64,000 nucleotides of DNA, taken from positions 1-64,000 of the IMG/VR virus record IMGVR_UViG_3300021399_000105, one strand, 5' to 3'. Within the stretch, counting starts at the first letter, position 1. Each line of letters begins with the position of its first letter. A program made the position numbers and the translations under genes. Below the pieces are notes generated by a model. That model searched no databases and had not been told where the DNA came from. It worked only from the letters and a program-made list of their open reading frames with translations. Source of the stretch: a virus (lineage: Duplodnaviria; Caudoviricetes). Positions 31,441-41,523 of this stretch are shown here, one piece after another.

Positions 31441-31682
31441 ATATACGGTGGCGGAATAGACAATTAACGATTTATTCGTTAGTTGGTAAAACAAAAAGGT
31501 TGAAAAAACTAATTTGTAATAGTAGACGCAAAATACAAATTTACATAGTCGCAACAGTTAACGGTTTGATAGATGTGTGGGGGAGAGCCTACGTGCCGAA
31601 AAAGTTGTACCAGGGTGACGTCGTTAAAAGTCTAGTGTAAAGAAAAACTATTATGTTAGGTGCAAATCCTAACCCGTTTATT
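31441..31682 (+). ncRNA. tRNA-like structured RNA with expanded D-loop and central arm (possibly of the skipping-rope motif class)
   Basis: 5' ACGG-TG-GCG-GAATAG...TAGA-CGC D-arm-like element; 3' GTTAGG-TGCAAAT-CCTAAC T-arm followed by CCGT closing an acceptor-like stem; internal hairpin CAATTAACGA/TCGTTAGTTG. Confidence 0.65.
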
Positions 31683-31708
31683 ATGTTACAAGTACAAGGA
31701 GGTAACAC

Positions 31709-32857
31709 ATGAAAATTTTAATGTATAGTGATATACATATAAGTAGAACTAGTTCAATATTACCTATAGGAAATATGGATAAATATACATATAGACAACA
31801 GATGATAATTGAAACAGCAAAACTTATATGTAATATAGCTGAGCAGCAGGATGTAGATTTAATTCTTAATTTAGGTGATACATTTGACCAACACACTTTA
31901 ACTAGTTATGATGTTGAGGTGGCAAGTGAATTCTTTAAGCAATTTAGACTTTTAAATAAACCTCATTTAGTTTTAGTTGGCAATCATGAAATGATAAATA
32001 AAAATTATAATGCAGTTAAACTTTTAAGTAATATTCCAAATATAACAGTTATAGACAAACCTAGCACTATATCAGGTAATATTATAACAAATAATACTGA
32101 CGATAGTAATTTACAATTAGCTTTTTTACCTTATAATAATTTTAAAAATATAGTAGATATACCAAAAGGAGATTTTCTTATATCTCACAATGATATACAA
32201 GGTAGTGAAATTAGAAGTGGTATAAAATTACCTGAAGGTTTAAGTTTGGAGCAATTAAAATCATATAAATTAGTATTCAATGGTCATATACATAAATCTG
32301 GAATATTTAGTAATATTGTTAATGTTGGTTCATCCACAACGCATAGTTTTAGTGATGATAATGATAGTTTACCTAAGGTTTATGTTTTTAATACAAATAC
32401 TTTAGATTTAAATTCTTTTGTAAATAAAACGTGTCCTTTATTTAGAACGTTTAAAATACAGAGTTTAGAAGATTTAAAAAATTTGTTAACAAATAATTTA
32501 GATTTAACTTATAAGTATATATTACATATAATTAGTCCATATAGTATAAAGGATGAAGTAAAACAGTTATTGAATAAATTGTTGGTAAGTCCAAAACATA
32601 TATGTGATGACATAGCTAAAAATGATACTGATTATAAAGTACAATTATTAAACTACAAAGTAACTACTTACTTAACCGAACAAGAAAAACAAGCACAACA
32701 ACAGGATTCACAACCTTCAGAAAATGTGTCTAACACAACTAATTTGGATATTACAAGTAGTTTTAAAGAATTTTTAACTACAGTTGATTTAAAGTATCCA
32801 ATGCAGATGTATATGGATGTGTTAAATGATGATGGAGGTGAAGTAAATGCACATTAA
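31709..32857 (+). CDS. Mre11/SbcD-like metallophosphoesterase nuclease (gp47-like)
   Basis: SDIH, LGDTFD, VGNHE, SHND, NGHIH motifs. Confidence 0.9.
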   Translation: MKILMYSDIHISRTSSILPIGNMDKYTYRQQMIIETAKLICNIAEQQDVDLILNLGDTFDQHTLTSYDVEVASEFFKQFRLLNKPHLVLVGNHEMINKNYNAVKLLSNIPNITVIDKPSTISGNIITNNTDDSNLQLAFLPYNNFKNIVDIPKGDFLISHNDIQGSEIRSGIKLPEGLSLEQLKSYKLVFNGHIHKSGIFSNIVNVGSSTTHSFSDDNDSLPKVYVFNTNTLDLNSFVNKTCPLFRTFKIQSLEDLKNLLTNNLDLTYKYILHIISPYSIKDEVKQLLNKLLVSPKHICDDIAKNDTDYKVQLLNYKVTTYLTEQEKQAQQQDSQPSENVSNTTNLDITSSFKEFLTTVDLKYPMQMYMDVLNDDGGEVNAH

Positions 32858-34799
32858 ATTTAAAACTTTGAATATACAATGTTTTAGAAGTATTGAGTCA
32901 GCTACATTAGATTTACAACAACAAGGTATATGTATAGTTAGAGGAGTTAACAATTATGAACTAAATGCTTCATCTAATGGTAGTGGTAAGTCTTCTATTT
33001 TTGAAGCTATAATATATGCTTTATTTGAGGAAACTAGTTTTGGCGATAGAGATGTAAGCAATAGACTTATGAATAGTATATGTATTGTAGATTTAACGTT
33101 TGATGTAGATAATGTACAATATAGGGTTGTAAGACACATTAAAGATAAAAAAGCTACAGTTTCCTTATACAAACAAAATGAAGATATATCTGCTAGAACA
33201 AAAACAGATACAAATAAGTTAATACTAAGTGTATTGGGTGTTAGTAAAGATATATTTTTGGATAGTGTTATATTATCCCAAACTACTAATTGCAATTTAT
33301 CAACGTTATCTCCAACTGCTAGAAAAGAGCGTTTAGAGTTTTTAACGGGTACAGACAATGTAATTAATCTATATAAAAATGAGCTTAAACAAAAACAAGC
33401 TAAATATGAATCTAAGTGTGTACAAGCTCAGTTAGATATGTCTAAGATTAATGGTATTATTGAAGCTAAAAATAATGAAATTGAAAACTTTAGAAATAAA
33501 ATTAAACAAATAGATTTAGAGTTAGAAAAACATAATTTATTAGGAACTCAAGAGCAAATAGATTTACAGATTGCACAGTGTACAGATAAAATTGATAGGT
33601 GTAATTTAGATATACAACAACTAAATAAAGTTATTGATAAATATAATAGTGATATACAAAATGAAGAAAGTAAGTTGGAACAATTTAATTTCAAAATTGA
33701 GGAAGTAAATAATCAAATACAACAACATAGAGATAACTATAAGGATTTACAAAATAAAATAGATAAATACAAATCTGAAATGATGTTTATCAATAACAAT
33801 ATTTGTAAAGTTCAAAGTCAAATATCTGATATAAAAAATAGTGATACATGTCCTACTTGTGGTAGAAAGTATGATAATGTAGATGAACAACACATTCAAA
33901 GAACAATAAATACAAAACTAGATGAAATTGATAACTATAATAAACAAATCGAAACAATTGAGTTAAATATAAGAGATTTGAATGATAATATTAAAAATGT
34001 TGAAGATGATATACAAACTTTAAAATTATCTCTAGATAATTATGTAGTTCAACAACAGGAAGTACAAAGTGTTATTTCGGATATTAAAACTAAAAGTAAT
34101 TCCAGTCAATTGGATATACAAGAAAATTATAATACTATTTCAAATCAACAACAACTAATCCAACAACTTAATAATAAAAAACAAGAAATAAATAAAATTA
34201 TAGTTAATAATAAACAAGAGTATTTAGATTTAATTGATGGCTTAAATATAGATATACTACATTTAAATGAAGACTTGAACCGATATAAACAAGAATTTAA
34301 TGTAAATAATGATTATATAGATGTTATTAAACATATAGGACAATTAGTTACTAAAGAGTTTAGAACGTATTTATTACAAAATAGTATAAAATATTTAAAT
34401 AATAAATTATTACAGTACTCTAAATGTTTATTTAGCAATAGTACAGATATAATTCATATAAATTCAGATGATAATAAATTAGATATTTTATTAGGAGATG
34501 CTAGTTATGAAAGTTTGTCTGGAGGAGAGAAAACTCGTGTAGATATAGCTTTATTGTTAGCACAAAAATCTCTAGCAGATAATTTGGGTGATATATCTTA
34601 CAATATTATAGTGTTGGATGAGATGTTAAAGTACTGTGATAGTACAACAGAGTTAAGTATTATTGATTTATTAGTTACAGAATTAGACGACGTTGAAAGT
34701 ATATATATGATAAGTCATAAAGAAATTCCTATTGGATATGATAAACAAGTTATAGTAACTAAAAGTGAACAAGGGTTAAGTAGTGTTAAAGTTATATAG
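32847..34799 (+). CDS. Rad50/SbcC-like ATPase (gp46-like)
   Basis: Walker A SNGSGKSS, coiled coil with CPTC zinc hook, LSGGE signature, VLDE, ISH. Confidence 0.92.
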   Translation: MHIKFKTLNIQCFRSIESATLDLQQQGICIVRGVNNYELNASSNGSGKSSIFEAIIYALFEETSFGDRDVSNRLMNSICIVDLTFDVDNVQYRVVRHIKDKKATVSLYKQNEDISARTKTDTNKLILSVLGVSKDIFLDSVILSQTTNCNLSTLSPTARKERLEFLTGTDNVINLYKNELKQKQAKYESKCVQAQLDMSKINGIIEAKNNEIENFRNKIKQIDLELEKHNLLGTQEQIDLQIAQCTDKIDRCNLDIQQLNKVIDKYNSDIQNEESKLEQFNFKIEEVNNQIQQHRDNYKDLQNKIDKYKSEMMFINNNICKVQSQISDIKNSDTCPTCGRKYDNVDEQHIQRTINTKLDEIDNYNKQIETIELNIRDLNDNIKNVEDDIQTLKLSLDNYVVQQQEVQSVISDIKTKSNSSQLDIQENYNTISNQQQLIQQLNNKKQEINKIIVNNKQEYLDLIDGLNIDILHLNEDLNRYKQEFNVNNDYIDVIKHIGQLVTKEFRTYLLQNSIKYLNNKLLQYSKCLFSNSTDIIHINSDDNKLDILLGDASYESLSGGEKTRVDIALLLAQKSLADNLGDISYNIIVLDEMLKYCDSTTELSIIDLLVTELDDVESIYMISHKEIPIGYDKQVIVTKSEQGLSSVKVI

Positions 34800-34820
34800 G
34801 AAGTGAGGTAGATTTGCAAA

Positions 34821-34964
34821 ATGAATACTTTAACTATTATTTGTACTATTTTATCCTTTATTAGTTTTATTAGTGTAATAGTATTATATATTGTTATAGT
34901 AAATAAGACAAAGCAGGATAAATTAGTGGACAATACTCTAGAATATATTGTGAAGCATTTATAA
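34821..34964 (+). CDS. Small membrane protein (47 aa)
   Basis: GAGGT RBS; hydrophobic N-terminal half. Confidence 0.5.
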   Translation: MNTLTIICTILSFISFISVIVLYIVIVNKTKQDKLVDNTLEYIVKHL

Positions 34965-34986
34965 GATGTTATTAAATTTATAAGGA

Positions 34987-35337
34987 GTGATGTTAGTAAT
35001 GCAGTTTTATGTTAAAATTTATAATACAACAACTAATGACTTGGTTGGTTATTATAAGGAAAAAGGTTTAAATAATATATCTAAAATAAAAAAGGGCATA
35101 AAACTTTGGGACACATACACGGAAGCTTATAACGTAGCACACACCTTAAACGATAGTTTTGTACGAGACAATGATGGACATTACTATACATGTTTGGCAG
35201 TTGTGTATGGTGAATCAAGTTTATGTGCTAAACAGAAAGTAAATAATAATATACAAAGTGAGGAGGAAAGAAGTAATGAAGTTGGAGCCTTTATACGACA
35301 AAATTATAGTAGAATTACAGAACATACAACAGATTAA
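34987..35337 (+). CDS. Hypothetical protein
   Basis: AAGGAG RBS downstream of an AGATGTTA motif. Confidence 0.6.
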   Translation: MMLVMQFYVKIYNTTTNDLVGYYKEKGLNNISKIKKGIKLWDTYTEAYNVAHTLNDSFVRDNDGHYYTCLAVVYGESSLCAKQKVNNNIQSEEERSNEVGAFIRQNYSRITEHTTD

Positions 35338-35599
35338 ATCTGGCTCAGGTTTAGTTGTTACAAAAAATATGAGTATTTCTAAAAACACAACCATGAAAGG
35401 AACAGTAGTAGCTTGTGGTTGTGGTAGATTATTAGCTAATGGGGATGTAGTACCTTTAAAAGTTAATGTTGGAGACGAAGTTATAATTACAAAAATGAGT
35501 GGAGAAAGTTATGAGGAGGAAGGTAAAGAATATACTATTATCTCCGAATCAAGTGTATTAGCGATATGTAAACTGGAGGATGACAATAGAAATGATTAA
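35276..35599 (+). CDS. groES: Co-chaperonin GroES
   Basis: MKLEPLYDKIIV..SGLVV..GTVVACGCGR...G.VVPL.V.VGD.V......G.......EY.IISES.VLA. Confidence 0.92.
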   Translation: MKLEPLYDKIIVELQNIQQIKSGSGLVVTKNMSISKNTTMKGTVVACGCGRLLANGDVVPLKVNVGDEVIITKMSGESYEEEGKEYTIISESSVLAICKLEDDNRND

Positions 35600-35903
35600 A
35601 ATAACAAGTGCAAGAGTTAAAAAGTTAAATACAAACGATGATAAATTATTAGCTGTAGCTAGTATACAACTAGATGATTGTTTAGTTATACATGATTTAA
35701 AGTTATTACAGTTAGATGACAGAAGGGTTGTAAGATTTCCCAATAAAAAAGTATATAAGTATACATTAGATACAACTGAGTCCGATTTTGTTAAACAGTA
35801 TGGATTTACAGATGTAGTACATCCATCAAACTCAAATTTTAGAAAGTACATAGAAACTGAGTTATTTAAAATATATGATGGATTAAAGAACGAGGAGGAG
35901 TAA
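35592..35903 (+). CDS. spoVG: SpoVG family nucleic-acid-binding protein
   Basis: KIT..RVKK.....KL.AVASI.LDDC.VIHD.K.......V.FP.KK...F.DVVHP.N..FR..I...LF..Y. Confidence 0.85.
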   Translation: MIKITSARVKKLNTNDDKLLAVASIQLDDCLVIHDLKLLQLDDRRVVRFPNKKVYKYTLDTTESDFVKQYGFTDVVHPSNSNFRKYIETELFKIYDGLKNEEE

Positions 35904-35907
35904 CATA

Positions 35908-36121
35908 TTGAGAGTTAGTCAACTTATAAATGAATTAACTAGATTACAAAATTTATATGGTGACATAGATGTTGATTTATATATGGAAGATATAGATGGT
36001 ATATTTTTACGGTTTCGATGAAATAAATGAAGTTGATGTCAGTAAGAATTGTGATGGTAAAGTTATGTCTCTATATATAGCACATATGAATAAAGAGGAG
36101 GAATTGGAAGATTATGAATAA
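35908..36121 (+). CDS. Small hypothetical protein; +1 shift at CGG 36010-36012
   Basis: GGAGG RBS and TTG start, MRVSQLINELTRLQNLYGDIDV. The frame stops just after CGG; the +1 frame stays open until it overlaps the groEL start. Confidence 0.55.
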
Positions 36122-37760
36122 AATTATTAAATATGATAATGAAGCTAAAAGTTCAATTATATCAGGTATAAATGCTGTAGCTGATATTGTTAAAACAACT
36201 GTAGGTCCTAAAGGAAGAAATGTTTTAATTCGTGAGCAATTAAATCCACCTATAATAACAAATGATGGAGTTACAATTGCTAAAAGTATACAGTTAAAAG
36301 ATAACGCTGAGGATGCTGGAGCTGCTTTACTAATTTCTGCAGCCAATAAAACAAATGATGTAGCTGGAGATGGTACTACTACAACTACAATTTTAACACA
36401 AGCTTTAATTAACAATTATTACGAATTAGAGAAAGAGATTGGAAACCATAATGTAGTTCAAATACAAAATGAGATGCGTGAGGCTACAGATAAAGTTAGT
36501 GATTATTTATTAAATATAGCTACACCAGCTAACGATATAAATAGTATTAGAAGAGTAGCTACAATTTCTAGTGGGTCAGAAAAAACAGGTCAACTAATAG
36601 CAGATGCGTTTGAGATGGCAGGAGAGTACGGTTCTGTTATTGTAGAAGATAGCAAAATAAGTGAGGATTACTTGGAACCAATACAAGGAATGAAGTTTGA
36701 TTCTGGAATGGTAACTAGTTACTTATTAAATGACAGAGCATCTATGTGTACAGATTGGAAAGATGTGTATATACTAATTGTTAAAGATAAAATAGATAAT
36801 GCATCTGAGTTATTACCTATACTAGATATATGTAATACTAAGGGAATTAAGTTACTTATAATGTGTGAAGATGTTGGTATCGAACCTTTAAATATGATTC
36901 TAACAAATAAAGCTAGAGGAGCATTATTAAATGTTGCTATAGTTAGATTACCTGGATTTGGAACATTGAGAGAAGATTTATTAAATGATATAGCTATAGC
37001 AACTGGTGCTACAGTAATTGGTCGTGAAAATGGAACTACTGTTAAAGATATTACATTAAATGAGTTAGGTTTATGTGATGAATTAGGTAAGTGTGATGAA
37101 GTAAAAGTTACTATGGATAGCACTGTAATTAAATTCTGTGATACTGGAATGAAAGGTGAATCATTATTAGATTTACGAAATACTCTAGTTAGTGAATTAG
37201 AACAACAGTTAAAGCTGGTTAACGAGGATGAAAAAACACAATATAGAAGAAGAATATCAAATTTAACTAGTGGTATTTCTGTTATAAAGGTTAGTGGTAA
37301 CTCAGACGTAGAGATAAAAGATAAAAAGTTAAGAATAGAGGATGCTATAAATTCTGTTAAAGCTGCAAAGGAGGAAGGTATTGTTCCTGGAGGAGGATTT
37401 AGTTTTTTACTAGCTTATATGAATGATGGTTTAGATTTAGACAGTACAAACGGTGGTAAGGTTGTTAAGAATTCATTATTAGCTACTACAAAACAAATTG
37501 CTGAAAATAGTGGTAAAGATGGAAGTAGTGTTATTTTAAATTGTTTACGACAACAAAAAGGTTATAATGCTTTAACTGATACATATGAAGATTTATTGTC
37601 AACTGGAGTTATAAATAGTGTTAAGGTAGATAGATATAGTTTAATTAACGCTAGTAGCGTAGCATCTACTGTAATTACAATGGGTGGACTTGTAGTACAG
37701 GAAAATGAAAAGGACCAAAATGTATTACAACTTCAAGGTCCAATACCTGGTATAATATAA
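36114..37760 (+). CDS. groEL: Chaperonin GroEL
   Basis: TVGPKGRNV, ITNDGVTIAK, AGDGTTTT, GMKFD.G, PGFG, EEGIVPGGG. Confidence 0.97.
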   Translation: MNKIIKYDNEAKSSIISGINAVADIVKTTVGPKGRNVLIREQLNPPIITNDGVTIAKSIQLKDNAEDAGAALLISAANKTNDVAGDGTTTTTILTQALINNYYELEKEIGNHNVVQIQNEMREATDKVSDYLLNIATPANDINSIRRVATISSGSEKTGQLIADAFEMAGEYGSVIVEDSKISEDYLEPIQGMKFDSGMVTSYLLNDRASMCTDWKDVYILIVKDKIDNASELLPILDICNTKGIKLLIMCEDVGIEPLNMILTNKARGALLNVAIVRLPGFGTLREDLLNDIAIATGATVIGRENGTTVKDITLNELGLCDELGKCDEVKVTMDSTVIKFCDTGMKGESLLDLRNTLVSELEQQLKLVNEDEKTQYRRRISNLTSGISVIKVSGNSDVEIKDKKLRIEDAINSVKAAKEEGIVPGGGFSFLLAYMNDGLDLDSTNGGKVVKNSLLATTKQIAENSGKDGSSVILNCLRQQKGYNALTDTYEDLLSTGVINSVKVDRYSLINASSVASTVITMGGLVVQENEKDQNVLQLQGPIPGII

Positions 37761-37787
37761 AGTGTTTTTGAGATGAGGTAGATACAG

Positions 37788-37952
37788 ATGGAAACATCAA
37801 TATATTTTAAGTGTTTAAAATGTGGCAGAAATTTAAAAACACCTGAGACTAGAAAAAGAGGTTATGGTTCTATATGTTGGCAACAAATAAAAGGGGAAAT
37901 GTTAAAAAAGGATAACCTTTTAACTAACTTGAATAAAAATGATAAGGAGTAG
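37788..37952 (+). CDS. Small zinc-finger protein (DUF6011-like)
   Basis: CLKCGRNLKTPETRKRGYGSICW. Confidence 0.65.
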   Translation: METSIYFKCLKCGRNLKTPETRKRGYGSICWQQIKGEMLKKDNLLTNLNKNDKE

Positions 37953-37957
37953 GGATT

Positions 37958-38218
37958 ATGATTAACATAGTTTTAGTTGTTTTAATTGTAATATCTATTG
38001 TATTGTGCACAGTTATTTTTAATCTAAAGTGTAAGTATAATAATTTACAAGGTAAGTACATTACACTTAGAGCGAAATATACTAGTGTAAAAGATAAGTT
38101 ATCTTTAATAGATTATTATACAAATCAGTATAATTATAAGAAGAATATTTATATAGCAATGCGAAATATTAGAGATACACTTTATGATATAAAGGATGAG
38201 GAGACAAAACATGAGTAA
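37958..38218 (+). CDS. Hypothetical membrane-anchored protein
   Basis: N-terminal hydrophobic helix; AAGGAG RBS. Confidence 0.6.
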   Translation: MINIVLVVLIVISIVLCTVIFNLKCKYNNLQGKYITLRAKYTSVKDKLSLIDYYTNQYNYKKNIYIAMRNIRDTLYDIKDEETKHE

Positions 38219-38792
38219 ACCAAAAATAGAACCTAATTTAATATTATGTATTATAGTAGATTCGTATAGCATAATTAAATTGTGTATTAGAAATATTGAA
38301 GGTGAGTTATTATATATAAGCAATATTATTGGGTTGGGTTTATCTCAGTATGAAATAAGACAACAAGTTTTAAATAGTATTACATCACTGTTAGATAAAT
38401 ATCCAATAGATACCCTTATAATGGAAAAAACGAATTTATTTACGGATGGTATAACTTTTAACCCCGATTGGAGAACTTATAGTAATGTACTATTGAATTA
38501 CAGTCTACAAATAACTTTGGACGATAATTTTCATAAAACATTTAATAATTTTCTTGTTATTCCAGGTAATGATTGGACAAAAACTGTATTAAACAATAAT
38601 CAATTAAAATCATTTGATGCATATAAAAAACATATACTTTTACAAACTGATAATTTTACATCAGAACAATTTAATATTTTTCAACAAAACAATTTTTATA
38701 AATTACTTTGTTTCTCGGAGTGTGTTCACTTTACTAATTTAATGAGTACTAAATATCTTATAAATAAAGGAGATTCGAGTGAAGAAGAGTGA
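38211..38792 (+). CDS. Hypothetical protein, weakly RuvC/RNase H-fold-like
   Basis: LLDKYPIDTLIMEK and IP...W.K.VL patterns; the expected first catalytic Asp is not clear. Confidence 0.35.
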   Translation: MSKPKIEPNLILCIIVDSYSIIKLCIRNIEGELLYISNIIGLGLSQYEIRQQVLNSITSLLDKYPIDTLIMEKTNLFTDGITFNPDWRTYSNVLLNYSLQITLDDNFHKTFNNFLVIPGNDWTKTVLNNNQLKSFDAYKKHILLQTDNFTSEQFNIFQQNNFYKLLCFSECVHFTNLMSTKYLINKGDSSEEE

Positions 38793-39204
38793 ATTTGAAA
38801 AGAAAGTGTCTAAAATGTTAAATGAAGAAGAAACATTTTTATTAAGTTTAATTTTGTTAGCTCATTTACATACAGATAAGAATTATTCAAAATTAGCTGA
38901 TTTAATATTTCTTTTTGATAATTATAAAGGTTTTAAACAGTTTATTAAGTTTTATTCTGGTCAAAGTATAGATGTACCCACTATGTTAGAGTTAAAACAG
39001 TGTTTGAAGTTATTAAATTTATTTCAAAATGTTTATATAGATGGTAAGGATTTAGATACCTGTTACAATGATTTAAACATTCAAAGTTTGGGTTTGTCTA
39101 AAGACTACTGTTCAAATGAATTAAGTAAATTCTTTACAATACTAAAAAATGACAATATAATAACTTTAAATAAGTTAAAGAAGATTACAAAATCCTTTAA
39201 GTAG
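38779..39204 (+). CDS. Hypothetical protein, weak resemblance to Mor-type transcription activators
   Basis: GFKQFIKFYSGQSIDVP segment. Confidence 0.35.
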   Translation: MKKSEFEKKVSKMLNEEETFLLSLILLAHLHTDKNYSKLADLIFLFDNYKGFKQFIKFYSGQSIDVPTMLELKQCLKLLNLFQNVYIDGKDLDTCYNDLNIQSLGLSKDYCSNELSKFFTILKNDNIITLNKLKKITKSFK

Positions 39205-39232
39205 TTTATGACATTTAAGATTAGCTATTATT

Positions 39233-39574
39233 ATGTTGGAGGTTATTTGGTATATGAGAGTTAAAAAGCATTATAGAATGAGTATATCTACAATTGATAG
39301 TATATTAACAGATTTAAATTGTAATAGAATTGTAGATAGAGATAGATATTTCAATTATTGTGTTAGTAACCGAGTACAGAAATTACATGATTTATATAAC
39401 TCTAAATTAGATAAAATTTTATCTAGTATAATACTCTGTTGTCGTTTTGATGATTTACCTGTGTCTATAATAGCTAGTATTACATATTCTATGACTAAAG
39501 TAGCTAATACTTTAAATAAAGGATTATTATTGATGATAGGAGATAGTAATGTTACTGGTAACAAAAATAGATAA
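39233..39574 (+). CDS. Hypothetical protein
   Basis: ORF in operon context; GGAGG precedes the internal ATG. Confidence 0.5.
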   Translation: MLEVIWYMRVKKHYRMSISTIDSILTDLNCNRIVDRDRYFNYCVSNRVQKLHDLYNSKLDKILSSIILCCRFDDLPVSIIASITYSMTKVANTLNKGLLLMIGDSNVTGNKNR

Positions 39575-40421
39575 TGAAGAAGTTGTTAATTTACAAACAG
39601 AGTTTAAAAATAAAGTATTTTCTATATCTGTAAATCCAGGTGATATGGATAGCATGATTAAAACAATAGAACAAATAAAGTCTTATACTTTACAATATGA
39701 TTTATTATTTATAAATAAAGAGCCTTATGTGTTAGCTTGTTTAGATAAATTACATATTACATATTACATTACAGACGATGTTGTTGTATCAGAGGATTCT
39801 TTTGATAGTTCAAAAATATTGTACTTAAATAATAATTCGTTGAGAGATATTTTATCTAATTATTTTCCTTGGATAACTACAACTAAGTCTTTAACTACAT
39901 CCTCAAAACCTACAAGTGGTGGTTTAACTTTACAAAAGTTATCTGAAACAGATGTAAATATAACTGAAGCTGATGTAAGGCAAACAAAACTTATTGAAAC
40001 TAAAGCTAAAGTTGCTATGTATTTACAGGTAGATATGCACATTAAAAGATTATATAAACTTTTAAATGCAATAAATTTATTGGAAGATGAACTATTAAAT
40101 AGAGTATCTACAGATATTCAAACTGCAGATACAGGTAGTTTAATACAAGTATCTAAGTGTTTAAATGATACATTGACATCTATAAATAGTTTAATAATGA
40201 ATATAGTGAATAATGAAAAAATTCAAAACTTTTTTGTAATAGATAATTCTAAAAATGTTAATATTGAAGCAGGTGTAATGGATGTAGAGAGTAGAGATAA
40301 GTTACGTAAAGCTATGGAAATTATAACTCAAAATTTGGATTTATTTAAACAAGGGAAAATAGATAGTTTAGTTGACCCAAATAGTGTTATAGAGGTGAAA
40401 CAAGATGATAGTAAAACCTAG
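39549..40421 (+). CDS. Hypothetical protein
   Basis: 290-aa ORF with AGGAG RBS. Confidence 0.65.
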   Translation: MLLVTKIDNEEVVNLQTEFKNKVFSISVNPGDMDSMIKTIEQIKSYTLQYDLLFINKEPYVLACLDKLHITYYITDDVVVSEDSFDSSKILYLNNNSLRDILSNYFPWITTTKSLTTSSKPTSGGLTLQKLSETDVNITEADVRQTKLIETKAKVAMYLQVDMHIKRLYKLLNAINLLEDELLNRVSTDIQTADTGSLIQVSKCLNDTLTSINSLIMNIVNNEKIQNFFVIDNSKNVNIEAGVMDVESRDKLRKAMEIITQNLDLFKQGKIDSLVDPNSVIEVKQDDSKT

Positions 40422-41103
40422 TCAGTATGATATTGATAATATAAATGATAATGATTTATTTTATGTGTACAAACGTAATATACGTTATAAAGTATTAAGA
40501 TTTATTCTTAATAAGTTACTGTCTACGCCAACTGTTGTAGTTACATATAATGGAAAACAATATAATCAAGATGATTGTATTATATTTCGTAGTTCGGACT
40601 TGTTATGTCAACAACAATTAGATAATGTTATATGTAATGTAACGAAGGGTAAAATTTTTAAGAATACTACAACAACCAAATTACCAAAAGTAACTGTAAC
40701 TTTATACAGTATTAACATAACTTTTAAAAACGGTAATATATTAAGTATACCTATAAATAAGATACAAAACAGTATAAATAAAAATACATTGATATTTAAT
40801 ACAATAGATAAACAGCAAATAATAAAAGATGAAATTAAATATATTAGATATAAAGGTGACTGGTATAAAAATGCTGTTTCTCAGTATAATATTAAATCTT
40901 GGACTCCATCATATTGCTATTTATGTGGTAAACCTTTAGTTTATACCTTTACAAATAATGGTATAGATGTTATAAATAAATGTGATTGTGGATTTAATAA
41001 AGTAGAACAATCCACAATCACATATGATGAGTTGGCTTTATGGTGTGATAGTCAAACTAATAAGAGTATTATAAATCAATATAATAAGTTTTGGCATAGA
41101 TAG
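40405..41103 (+). CDS. Hypothetical protein with C-terminal Cys cluster
   Basis: CYLCG...CDCG. Confidence 0.6.
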   Translation: MIVKPSQYDIDNINDNDLFYVYKRNIRYKVLRFILNKLLSTPTVVVTYNGKQYNQDDCIIFRSSDLLCQQQLDNVICNVTKGKIFKNTTTTKLPKVTVTLYSINITFKNGNILSIPINKIQNSINKNTLIFNTIDKQQIIKDEIKYIRYKGDWYKNAVSQYNIKSWTPSYCYLCGKPLVYTFTNNGIDVINKCDCGFNKVEQSTITYDELALWCDSQTNKSIINQYNKFWHR

Positions 41104-41123
41104 GAGTGTGTATTATAATTTAA

Positions 41124-41504
41124 ATGAACAGTAAAGAGTGTATGGATTTGTTTAATGAACTAAATATAGATAATAAGTTATGTTGCACAGAACAAACTGT
41201 ATTAGATTTTGTTAATTATGGAATTCTTCTAACTAGTGGTAACAAATATTATACACGTGATTTTAAAGAAATAGATGTTAATATAATAAAGGTTAAAACT
41301 TATAATTTAAATATAAACTTATCACAGTATGTTCAACAAGGTATTGAGTTGGGTGCTAACAATAAAGTTAATTTAATATATTATATGACACAGAAAACTT
41401 ATGATAAATATAAAGACGAAGGTTTAATTGTTACAAGAAATAATAAGGACTATTATAGACTGTTTGATAAGGAGTTATGGTTAGTTAGTTTAATAAACAC
41501 TTAG
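41124..41504 (+). CDS. Hypothetical protein
   Basis: ORF in operon context. Confidence 0.6.
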   Translation: MNSKECMDLFNELNIDNKLCCTEQTVLDFVNYGILLTSGNKYYTRDFKEIDVNIIKVKTYNLNINLSQYVQQGIELGANNKVNLIYYMTQKTYDKYKDEGLIVTRNNKDYYRLFDKELWLVSLINT

Positions 41505-41523
41505 TTATTGGAGGTAGTTAACA

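Noticed and set aside
31441-31682. Canonical tRNA, tmRNA or intron-containing tRNA
   Set aside because: No 7-nt anticodon loop at the expected position, no group I core, no obvious tag ORF or alanine G-U acceptor identity; kept only as a tRNA-like ncRNA.
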